Assembly: GCA_900317085.1 (NCBI GenBank)
Contig: ONFJ01000002.1
Location: forward strand, 6,818 to 70,817
Direction: 5' to 3'
Origin: an uncultured Eubacteriales bacterium
GTDB lineage: Bacteria; Bacillota; Clostridia; Oscillospirales; Acutalibacteraceae
DNA: 64,000 nt
Shown here: positions 47,825-55,001 of the stretch, one piece after another
Layout: the number at the start of each line of letters is the position of its first letter
Numbering within the stretch: position 1 is the stretch's first letter
Made by a program: the position numbers and the translations under genes
The notes under the pieces: generated by a model
Databases searched by the model: none
The model's input: only the letters and a program-made list of their open reading frames with translations
What the model was told of the DNA's origin: nothing

Positions 47825-49438
47825 ATGAAAGAGAAGATCATTTCGTTTATCGATCAGAAACTGCAGCGCTTCGACCCCATCTGGCTCGCGGAGAACGGAA
47901 AGGGCGGACAGCGCACCCGCTACCGCGATGACGGTTCCGGCATTGCCCGCTACCGGGAATGGCGCGGCGTAGAGGACACGTTCCAGGACTATACCGCCTG
48001 GCTCAAGAACCTCGGCTACATGGGTGCCATGGTGGCGAGAGACCCCGTCAAAGTCCTGAAGGGCATCTGGGAGTACCGCTGGATGGGCTCGTTCCTCGCG
48101 TCCTTCGCGTTCGTCGACCGCATCTATGAAGGGTACCGGGGGAGAGAACTGGACATCGCCAACATCCACGGCAATGCCATCGTCCGCATCCTGACCCTGC
48201 GCATCGGTCTCATTCTGCACAACGACGCCCGTCTCGGCGGCGGTGAGATGACCGACAAGATGATCGGCCTCGACGAGACTATCCCGCCGCTCTTCACGGC
48301 CGGCTTCCCGACCCTGAATGCGGAACCTATGCAGACCATGCCGGAGTTCGTCGTCTGTGACGTCGACCAGCACCTCGACCCGTACTATATCGATGTGGCG
48401 GAGTCCTACGGTCTGGCCCCGGACGTCTGCTCCCGCTGTTCCGCGGAGACCGGCGTTGCCATCGACGACGCCTTCCCGGTGTTCGGCAAACTGGTCCTTT
48501 CCACGAACCAGCCCTGTAACGCGTCTGAAGCGACGTCCATGTTCCAGCGCCGCCGGTTCCATCAGAAGGGCATCGAGGATTACCCGTTCGTCTTCGCGAT
48601 GCAGCACAACACGAAGAACGGCAACGACTATTCGAAGGAAGAACTGCGTCAGGCCATCCAGAAGATCGAAGAGGTCTATGACGTCAAATACGACTGGAAC
48701 GCGCTGTTCGAAAAGGCAAAGAACATGAACCACCAGAACCAGATCGAACTGGAGAAGTGGGAGATCTTCGCGACGCCGTTCTCGCCGCTGTCCGGCATCA
48801 ACGAGTCTCTGTACAAGCTCGTCGAATGGGCGCTGGTCAACGGTCATGACGAATACTTCAACGAGATCGACGACAAGGTCATCGGCATCATGCGGCAGGC
48901 GGTCAAAGACCAGTACCTGCCCTACAAGGGCAAGACCCGCCACAGAGCGTTCCTCTGGGGTCCTTCGGCGATGTACTACACCGACTTCCCGACCTGGGCG
49001 CAAAACTGCTGGGGCATCGACATCGTGCTCAACATGGACTCGACCATGGGTCATAACATGATCAACACGGAAGATCCGGAACAGGCGCTGACCGACCTTG
49101 CGAAGTTCTCGGAAAAAGGCGTCATGCGGCACCATGCCGTCGGCGGCTGGGACAACGTCAACGCCGTCTGGGAGTGGGCGAACCGGCTCAACTGTGACAT
49201 GGTCATCTGCAACGACAACGTCGCCTGCAAAGGCATGAACGGTGTCCATGCGCTGCTCGAAGAGCAGGCGCAGCAGCTCGGCTTCAAGTTCGTGTTCCTG
49301 CCCCATGACCTCGAGGACTGCCGGACCATCCCGCGCAAGGAGATCCGCAAGGCGATCAACGACTACATGTCGATCGTCCTGAACGAAGAACCGCTCGACG
49401 CGACCCTCGTCGATTTCGACGACGCGGAAGCCTGGTAA
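47825..49438 (+). CDS. 2-hydroxyacyl-CoA dehydratase family protein (second, larger subunit)
   Basis: 537 aa, separated from the previous gene by 2 nt. Cys-containing segments (DVCSRCSAE, CDMVICNDNVACKG) resemble the HGD-D family. Confidence 0.65.
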   Translation: MKEKIISFIDQKLQRFDPIWLAENGKGGQRTRYRDDGSGIARYREWRGVEDTFQDYTAWLKNLGYMGAMVARDPVKVLKGIWEYRWMGSFLASFAFVDRIYEGYRGRELDIANIHGNAIVRILTLRIGLILHNDARLGGGEMTDKMIGLDETIPPLFTAGFPTLNAEPMQTMPEFVVCDVDQHLDPYYIDVAESYGLAPDVCSRCSAETGVAIDDAFPVFGKLVLSTNQPCNASEATSMFQRRRFHQKGIEDYPFVFAMQHNTKNGNDYSKEELRQAIQKIEEVYDVKYDWNALFEKAKNMNHQNQIELEKWEIFATPFSPLSGINESLYKLVEWALVNGHDEYFNEIDDKVIGIMRQAVKDQYLPYKGKTRHRAFLWGPSAMYYTDFPTWAQNCWGIDIVLNMDSTMGHNMINTEDPEQALTDLAKFSEKGVMRHHAVGGWDNVNAVWEWANRLNCDMVICNDNVACKGMNGVHALLEEQAQQLGFKFVFLPHDLEDCRTIPRKEIRKAINDYMSIVLNEEPLDATLVDFDDAEAW

Positions 49439-49451
49439 GGAGGAAGGAACC

Positions 49452-49634
49452 ATGAAGAAACTGATCAGCTTTGTGTTCAGGCTGGTGAAGCGTATCATCA
49501 AGATCGGCGTGCTCCTGTTCGTGGTCACCTTCGGCATCTACATGTCGAACGCGGAGAACAAACTCATCTACGATGTGGTCCGTCCGCTGCTGAACAAGCA
49601 CTACGACAACCAGGCCCGCGACAGGCGGATCTGA
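49452..49634 (+). CDS. Small hypothetical membrane protein
   Basis: 60 aa with one clear TM segment (IIKIGVLLFVVTFGIY), a GGAGGAAGGAACC RBS, and 13 nt of spacing after the dehydratase gene. Confidence 0.5.
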   Translation: MKKLISFVFRLVKRIIKIGVLLFVVTFGIYMSNAENKLIYDVVRPLLNKHYDNQARDRRI

Positions 49635-49643
49635 GAAGAATCT

Positions 49644-49674
49644 AACGGCCGTCTCAGGACGGCCGTTTCTTTTG
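49644..49674 (+). terminator. Intrinsic terminator
   Basis: Stem AACGGCCGTC / GACGGCCGTT with loop TCAG, followed by TCTTTTG. Confidence 0.85.
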
Positions 49675-49683
49675 AAAAAGTCC

Positions 49684-49712
49684 TTGATTTTATGCTTCGT
49701 TTCCCTTATAAT
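49684..49712 (+). promoter_or_regulatory. Sigma-70-type promoter for tRNA-Pro
   Basis: TTGATT(49684-49689), 17 nt, TATAAT(49707-49712). The tRNA starts 17 nt downstream. Confidence 0.65.
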
Positions 49713-49728
49713 AATGTCCGTTGCACAT

Positions 49729-49805
49729 CGGGGTGTGGCGAAGTTTGGTATCGCGCTTGCTTCGGGAGCAAGAGGCCTCGGGTTCAAGTCCCGACACTCC
49801 GACCA
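49729..49805 (+). tRNA. tRNA-Pro (anticodon CGG), CCA encoded
   Basis: Manual cloverleaf. Acceptor CGGGGTG/CACTCCG (one G-U pair); D arm GCGA..TCGC; anticodon stem CTTGC/GCAAG with loop TTCGGGA; T arm TCGGG-TTCAAGT-CCCGA; discriminator A plus CCA. Confidence 0.9.
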
Positions 49806-49806
49806 C
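49779..49806 (+). repeat. Direct repeat DR1 (3' end of tRNA-Pro; attL-like)
   Basis: CGGGTTCAAGTCCCGACACTCCGACCAC is identical (28/28) to 53325-53352. Its last 23 nt plus GAA match 49968-49990. Confidence 0.9.
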
Positions 49807-49811
49807 GAAAA

Positions 49812-49847
49812 GAAACAGCCGTCTTTCAAGACGGCTGTTTCTTTTTG
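49812..49847 (+). terminator. Intrinsic terminator after tRNA-Pro
   Basis: Stem GAAACAGCCGTC / GACGGCTGTTTC followed by TTTTTG. Confidence 0.85.
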
Positions 49848-49850
49848 CTT

Positions 49851-49885
49851 TCGAAGGAAGGGATTCGAACCCTTGGGCCACGGCG
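49851..49885 (-). other. Orphan tRNA 3'-fragment (T arm + 3' acceptor strand) on minus strand
   Basis: The minus strand reads AAGGG-TTCGAAT-CCCTT-CCTTCGA. No matching 5' acceptor strand, D arm or anticodon arm could be built upstream. Confidence 0.4.
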
Positions 49886-49967
49886 TCAGAAAACAGTCCG
49901 GTGGACTGTTTTCCGCTGTGGGAGCTGCGGCAGCAGCTCGGTGCGGTTTGCGAAGCAAAACGCGTCG

Positions 49968-49990
49968 AGTCCCGACACTCCGACCACGAA
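49968..49990 (+). repeat. Direct repeat DR2 (partial copy of tRNA-Pro 3' end)
   Basis: AGTCCCGACACTCCGACCACGAA is identical to 49787-49809. The T-stem 5' half is absent, so this is not a functional tRNA. Confidence 0.85.
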
Positions 49991-50028
49991 GAAACCTACA
50001 ACTACTGAGGTTGTAGGTTTCTTTTTTT
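49991..50028 (+). terminator. Intrinsic terminator after DR2
   Basis: Stem GAAACCTACAAC / GTTGTAGGTTTC followed by TTTTTTT. It has the same outer GAAAC...GTTTC frame as the terminator after DR1. Confidence 0.8.
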
Positions 50029-50143
50029 ATTTGCCCCAAAATAATGCCCCATTAACACGAGAAAAGTCCGATTAATGGATTGAGATATTATCTTGAAATC
50101 TCTTATAATGGATTTGTATTTCTATTCACGAGGACGTGACCAT

Positions 50144-52945
50144 ATGATAACGGCAGAACAAAAATCAGCGCTTAGAGATTTCGTCAAACGTTGGAAAGGA
50201 CGAGGTTACGAAAAAGGCGACACTCAGCAGTTCTGGTTACAGTTGCTAGGTGCAATTGGCTATGAGCATAAGGACTCTGTGCTCTTTGAGCATCACCTAA
50301 CCAGTGGTGGTTACATCGATGCTTGGCTTCGAGAATCGAACATTATGGTCGAGCAGAAAGCCATGACCGTAGACCTTGACAAGCCAGAACTTCGCCAAGG
50401 TGTTATGAAAACGCCTTTCAAACAAGTGCTGGACTATGCCGAGAACGTACCTCTCGCAATGCAGCCTTCGTTCCTTGTGACCTGTAATTTCAAGACCTTC
50501 CGCGTCTATGATCGCAACAAGTACGACAAAGCCGTTCTGGAAGAAAACGCGTTTGAGTTTTCGCTTGAGGACCTTATCAATCATCCTGATTATCTTAACT
50601 TTATTCTGGATCCTGCAAACAGCCGCTTGGAAAAAGAAAAAGCTGTCTCTATTAAAGCCGGTGAGCTCATCGGTCAGCTTTATGACAAGTTGCGTGAAGG
50701 CTATATCAATCCGGATAGCCCCGAGGCGATGCACGCGCTTAATGTTCTCTGCGTTCGTCTAGTTTTCTGCCTCTACTGTGAAGACGCTGATCTCTTTGTG
50801 AAGGACTCCTTCCTGAACTACTTGAAAGGCGTAGCTCCCAGTGACGTCCGCCTTAAACTCAAGCATCTTTTTCACGCATTAGATACACAAAAATCAGAAC
50901 GAGATCCATATGACACAGGCATCAAAATCTTCCCTTATGTCAATGGAGGTCTCTTCCGAGAAGAAATCGAGATACCGAATTTCACACAAGAAATCTTAGA
51001 CTTTTTGCTGAATAAAGTCGCTGCTCCAGTGGACTGGAGTCAGATCAGCCCCACCATTTTCGGTGGCATTTTCGAGTCTACGTTGAATCCGGAAACTCGT
51101 CGGTCTGGTGGTATGCACTATACATCACCAGAGAACATTCATAAAGTAATCGACCCACTGTTCCTCAACGACCTAAAAGCTGAATTTCAAGCGATTCAGG
51201 AAAATGAAGACCTCACCCCTCGCCAAAAGAAAAATCGATTCTCTAAGTTCCACAAAAAGCTGTGCGGGCTCACGTTTTTCGATCCCGCCTGTGGGTCTGG
51301 CAACTTCCTCACAGAGACATACCTATGTCTTCGAAAGTTAGAAGACCGAGTATTAGATGAACTGAAAGGTGGACAAATAGAGTTTGGAGCCAAGGAAGAT
51401 GAGGAGAGCGGCGAGCGCATTTCACTGAACCAATTTTATGGTATTGAAATTAACGACTTTGCCGTTGCAGTTGCAGAAACAGCACTGTGGATTTCTCGAC
51501 TGAAAGCCAACGGTGAGACCATGATGCTCCTTGATCTCCCCGGCGACGACTTCCCATTGAATGAAAGTGCACACATCATTCATGGCAACGCTCTGCGCCT
51601 CAACTGGAATGAAATCTTACCTGCTCGCCAGTGCTCATTCATTATGGGAAACCCTCCTTTCATTGGGTACTCGAATCATACTAAGGACCAAGAAGTTGAC
51701 CGAGCCTCCATTTTCGGCAAGGTAAAAACAGTTGACTATGTAGCTTGTTGGTATTGGAAATCTGCAGAATATATGGGTGACTTACCCATACGTACTGCAT
51801 TCGTTTCCACCAACTCCATTTGCCAAGGGCAGCAGGTCGAACCCATTTGGAAGCCATTATTTGACAAGGGTTTTCACATTGACTTCGCATGGCCCACTTT
51901 CGTCTGGAACAACGATGCATCCGATCAAGCACATGTTCATGTCGTTATCGTTGGTTTTTCTAAACAGAATCAGGTAGAACGAACGCTGTTTGTAAACAAC
52001 AAGTTCGTGCATCCAAAAAATATTAACGCCTACCTGACTGCTTCACCAAACATATTCATCCAAAAACATTCCAAGCCATTATGCGATGTGCCTCCTATGA
52101 TTGCAGGCGGAAAACCGAGCGATGGGCAAAACTTACTTATGAATACCACAGAGATGAATGCACTTGTTGATGCATGCCCTGATGCAAAAAAGTGGATAAA
52201 ACCATTTTCTATGGGTGCCGAATTTATAAAAGGGCAAGACCGATGGTGTTTGTGGCTCGTGGGAATAACCCCCGACGAGCTTGACGCCATGCCACTTGTC
52301 AAGGCCCGCGTAGAAGCAGTAAAGGAAATTCGGCTTACAAGCAAGAAAGAGGCAACAAGGAAGAAGGCGAAAACCCCCGAACTCTTCGACGAAGTTCGTC
52401 CTCCTAGGGGAAAAAGTTATATTGCAATCCCAAAAGTTTCGTCTGAGCGGCGTAATTATATTCCGATGGGTTTTGTGACAAATGGCATGATACCGGGCGA
52501 CAAATTGTTCTTCATATCAGATGCAACTTTGTACGTATTTGGTATTCTTATGAGCCAGTTCCACAACGCATGGATGCGGGTGGTCGCAGGCAGGCTCAAA
52601 AGCGATTACAGCTATGCCAACACTATCGTCTACAATAATTTTATCTGGCCAGAACCGACCGACGAACAACGACAGGACATCGAAGCGTGTGCGAAGGCCG
52701 TGCTCGATGCCCGAGACAATCATCCGGAGGATTCGCTCGCAACGCTCTACGATCCTGACAAGATGCCTGCCGACTTGTTAGAAGCGCACAAGGCACTCGA
52801 CTCAGCTGTCGAAGCCGCCTATGGTGTAGACTTTCAGGGCGACGAGGAAAAGATTGTTGCACACCTCTTCAAACTTTACGAGGAAGCAACACGGCCTACC
52901 TCAAATCCAAAGCCGCTCAAGGTCAAAGTCAAATTGAAAAAGTGA
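50144..52945 (+). CDS. MmeI-family Type IIL (single-chain R-M-S) restriction endonuclease/N6-adenine DNA methyltransferase
   Basis: 933 aa, colinear with MmeI as I recall it. N-terminal nuclease motif IDAW..(X10)..VEQK (D-X10-E-X-K); SAM motif I FFDPACGSGNFL; motif IV IMGNPPF; C-terminal target-recognition region and LYDPDKMPADLLEAHKALD. Confidence 0.85.
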   Translation: MITAEQKSALRDFVKRWKGRGYEKGDTQQFWLQLLGAIGYEHKDSVLFEHHLTSGGYIDAWLRESNIMVEQKAMTVDLDKPELRQGVMKTPFKQVLDYAENVPLAMQPSFLVTCNFKTFRVYDRNKYDKAVLEENAFEFSLEDLINHPDYLNFILDPANSRLEKEKAVSIKAGELIGQLYDKLREGYINPDSPEAMHALNVLCVRLVFCLYCEDADLFVKDSFLNYLKGVAPSDVRLKLKHLFHALDTQKSERDPYDTGIKIFPYVNGGLFREEIEIPNFTQEILDFLLNKVAAPVDWSQISPTIFGGIFESTLNPETRRSGGMHYTSPENIHKVIDPLFLNDLKAEFQAIQENEDLTPRQKKNRFSKFHKKLCGLTFFDPACGSGNFLTETYLCLRKLEDRVLDELKGGQIEFGAKEDEESGERISLNQFYGIEINDFAVAVAETALWISRLKANGETMMLLDLPGDDFPLNESAHIIHGNALRLNWNEILPARQCSFIMGNPPFIGYSNHTKDQEVDRASIFGKVKTVDYVACWYWKSAEYMGDLPIRTAFVSTNSICQGQQVEPIWKPLFDKGFHIDFAWPTFVWNNDASDQAHVHVVIVGFSKQNQVERTLFVNNKFVHPKNINAYLTASPNIFIQKHSKPLCDVPPMIAGGKPSDGQNLLMNTTEMNALVDACPDAKKWIKPFSMGAEFIKGQDRWCLWLVGITPDELDAMPLVKARVEAVKEIRLTSKKEATRKKAKTPELFDEVRPPRGKSYIAIPKVSSERRNYIPMGFVTNGMIPGDKLFFISDATLYVFGILMSQFHNAWMRVVAGRLKSDYSYANTIVYNNFIWPEPTDEQRQDIEACAKAVLDARDNHPEDSLATLYDPDKMPADLLEAHKALDSAVEAAYGVDFQGDEEKIVAHLFKLYEEATRPTSNPKPLKVKVKLKK

Positions 52946-52980
52946 GCCGTTTTAATTAAAACGGCAACGTAAAACCTGTA

Positions 52981-53017
52981 AATCCCCGCGATCCATATTT
53001 CGCGGGGATTCTTTCTT
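52981..53017 (+). terminator. Intrinsic terminator after the R-M gene
   Basis: Stem AATCCCCGCG / CGCGGGGATT with a 10-nt loop, followed by CTTTCTT. Confidence 0.65.
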
Positions 53018-53022
53018 AGTTA

Positions 53023-53232
53023 GTGATGGTGGATATAAATGAAGGGCAATCAGATATGAAAACAGCCAAGTCGCTTCAAGAGGCTCTAGGGCATTATTCC
53101 GTTTGGTTCACGTATGATACATATGCCAGCCTGTTTGATGAACAAAAAAAGTCCTTTGCAAAATCTACGCAGAAGGCGTTCGATAGAGCAATGGATCTGC
53201 CCCAGAATGATGCCCCAAAAACCACGGATTAA
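53023..53232 (+). CDS. Hypothetical small ORF within the islet
   Basis: 69-aa ORF (GTG start; an internal ATG at 53056 follows AAGGG). No family was recognised. It is low-GC like the islet. Confidence 0.3.
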   Translation: MMVDINEGQSDMKTAKSLQEALGHYSVWFTYDTYASLFDEQKKSFAKSTQKAFDRAMDLPQNDAPKTTD

Positions 53233-53324
53233 ACACCTATCACAAAACATCCACAGATTTAAAACAAAGCCCCCAAAACTCCCATAGAATTAACCTTAAG
53301 AACACAAAACCATTAGAGTGTCCA

Positions 53325-53352
53325 CGGGTTCAAGTCCCGACACTCCGACCAC
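53325..53352 (+). repeat. Direct repeat DR3 (attR-like copy of tRNA-Pro 3' end)
   Basis: 28/28 identity to 49779-49806. The upstream sequence does not form the rest of a tRNA. Confidence 0.9.
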
Positions 53353-53400
53353 CTTTTGTGCTATACTAATAATTGCATTTTGAACCAAGGAGCGAAACCT

Positions 53401-53925
53401 ATGTTACAGGACAAAACCGTATTGCTGGGCGTCTGCGCCTGCACGCCCGCATACAAGGCGCTGGACCTCATCGCCATGCTGAAACGAAAGGGCGCGGACG
53501 TCAAGACCGCCGTCACGGAGAACGGTACCAACATGGTGCCCGTCGCCATGCTCGAGCGCATGTCCGGCAACCCCGTGTCCGTCGAGCAGTTCGGCGGAGA
53601 GTACGTCTGGGACCCGGACAAGAAGGCCTGGGGCCGCAACGGCGATGTGCTGGTCATCGCGCCCTGCACCGCCAACATGATCGGTAAGCTGGCGAACGGC
53701 ATCGCCGACGACTTCATCTCCACGAATACCCTGTCCTTCCCGGGCCCGAAGGTCATCGGCGTCAACATGAACCCGATGCTCTGGCAGAACCCTGCGGTGC
53801 AGCGCAATGTCGCGCAGCTGAAAGAGGACGGCTACCTTTTCGTCGATAACGGAAACCCGGAACGCCCGTCCCGCTTCCCGGACCTCGACGCCTCGACTGC
53901 GCCAAAGAGGGGTACGTCAACCTGA
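53401..53925 (+). CDS. HFCD-family flavoprotein (phosphopantothenoylcysteine-decarboxylase-like), C-terminus apparently truncated or replaced
   Basis: ATG at 53401 after AAGGAG. Motifs GVCACTPAYKALDL, APCTANMIGKLANGIADD and VNMNPMLW. The expected downstream ACGD-type active-site loop is absent and the last approximately 22 aa are unrelated. Confidence 0.65.
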   Translation: MLQDKTVLLGVCACTPAYKALDLIAMLKRKGADVKTAVTENGTNMVPVAMLERMSGNPVSVEQFGGEYVWDPDKKAWGRNGDVLVIAPCTANMIGKLANGIADDFISTNTLSFPGPKVIGVNMNPMLWQNPAVQRNVAQLKEDGYLFVDNGNPERPSRFPDLDASTAPKRGTST

Positions 53926-54611
53926 TGGTCGGGTCGAAGAGCGGGGAGAACCGGGGAGACTCCAAAGCCTCCGCCAGAGCCCGCCACGACTTCCTCGACA
54001 AGGGATACTACCGCTGCCTCAAGACCGCCATGGCGGAACGCCTTCACGGCACGGTCCTCGACATCTGCTGCGGGGAAGGGTACTACGATGTCCCGTCGCC
54101 CGAGACCGTCGACGAACTGCTCGGCTTCGACCTCTCGAAAGAGATGGTGCGCCTCGCCGCGAAGAGGGGAAGAGCGGCAACAACAGGCGGTACATCGCCC
54201 TGCACGTTCTTTGTCGGGAACCTCGCGTCCATCCCGGTGGCCGAGTCCTCCGTCGATGTGGCGATGCACCTCTTCGCGCCCTTCCATGAGAAAGAGTTCT
54301 TGCGCGTCCTGAAACCGGACGGTGTGCTGTACTCGGTCATCCCCGGGGAGGACCACCTCTTCGAACTCAAGGAAGTCATCTATGACACGCCCTACAAAAA
54401 CGATGAACAGGCGCCGGAGACCGAAGCGCTGCGCCTCGTCTCCCGCACGAAGGTGTCCGAGACCGTCCGCGTCCCGAAGGAAGACCTCCAGACCCTGTTT
54501 TCGATGACGCCGTACTTCTACCGTACATCGCCCGAGGACCGGGGAAAACTCGACTCCGTCGACGGCCTCGACCTGACCGTGGAGTTCGTCATCCTCGAAT
54601 ACCGCCCCTGA
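53925..54611 (+). CDS. RlmA/RrmA-like 23S rRNA (guanine-N1)-methyltransferase lacking the N-terminal zinc-ribbon
   Basis: GDSKASARARHDFLDKGYY, LDICCGEGYY (SAM motif), VLKPDGVLY. Homology (LDCAKEGYVNL) extends upstream of the ATG in the same frame as far as a stop at 53847. Confidence 0.7.
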   Translation: MVGSKSGENRGDSKASARARHDFLDKGYYRCLKTAMAERLHGTVLDICCGEGYYDVPSPETVDELLGFDLSKEMVRLAAKRGRAATTGGTSPCTFFVGNLASIPVAESSVDVAMHLFAPFHEKEFLRVLKPDGVLYSVIPGEDHLFELKEVIYDTPYKNDEQAPETEALRLVSRTKVSETVRVPKEDLQTLFSMTPYFYRTSPEDRGKLDSVDGLDLTVEFVILEYRP

Positions 54612-54626
54612 TGTTGATTAGAACAG

Positions 54627-54659
54627 ACCTCCTGCCCGGAAAGGGCGGGAGGTTTTTTG
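54627..54659 (+). terminator. Intrinsic terminator
   Basis: Stem ACCTCCTGCCC / GGGCGGGAGGT (one G-U pair) with loop GGAAA, followed by TTTTTG. Confidence 0.85.
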
Positions 54660-54806
54660 CGTCGTTTTGCGCGATTTCTGTATGAAAAGTGGAACTTTCC
54701 AAAAAATGAGTTGAAAAGCTTTACTGAACAATCGTATAATTCTGATGTGTTGTTCGAACCTCTGACTGTGGTTCGAGAATTATCAAATCTGGAGGCGCAA
54801 TCACCC

Positions 54807-54968
54807 ATGAACGACTACAAAAACAATTACCCGACTCTCCTCATCCACGGCTTTGCCGGCTGGGGAGAAGATGACGGCATGAGCCGCAACAAGTGGGAGT
54901 TCTTCCGCATCTATGACGAGATGTTCGAGCGTGCCCGCAAACTGCCTGACGCAGAGGATGTCCTCTGA
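54807..54968 (+). pseudogene. Truncated alpha/beta-hydrolase (lipase-type) N-terminal stub
   Basis: ATG at 54807 after GGAGG. YPTLLIHGFAGWGEDDG resembles the oxyanion-hole region of Gram-positive lipases, but the ORF stops after 53 aa, before any GxSxG nucleophile. Confidence 0.45.
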
Positions 54969-55001
54969 TCCGGGCAGGCTCTCTTTTCATGTTTGTTGAG
55001 T

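Larger units (their letters stand above)
49807..53352. mobile_element. Decayed tRNA-Pro-associated genomic islet (no integrase) carrying a Type IIL R-M gene
   Basis: Bounded by DR1 and DR3, with an internal DR2. GC is lower than the flanks: sampled 60-nt lines gave 26/60 G+C at 50161 versus 35/60 at 48001. Confidence 0.65.

Noticed and set aside
49848-49960. A complete tRNA (long variable arm or Sec-like) on the minus strand.
   Set aside because: Only the T arm and 3' acceptor strand are present. There is no complementary 5' acceptor strand. The candidate anticodon loop (CCACCGG) lacks U33. The 10-bp hairpin is too long for an anticodon or variable arm.
52946-52965. Perfect palindrome GCCGTTTTAATTAAAACGGC immediately after the R-M gene stop, considered as a terminator.
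   Set aside because: No T-tract follows it. The next hairpin (52981-53017) is the better terminator candidate. The palindrome may simply be a stable 3' hairpin or a protein-binding site, and I cannot support either.
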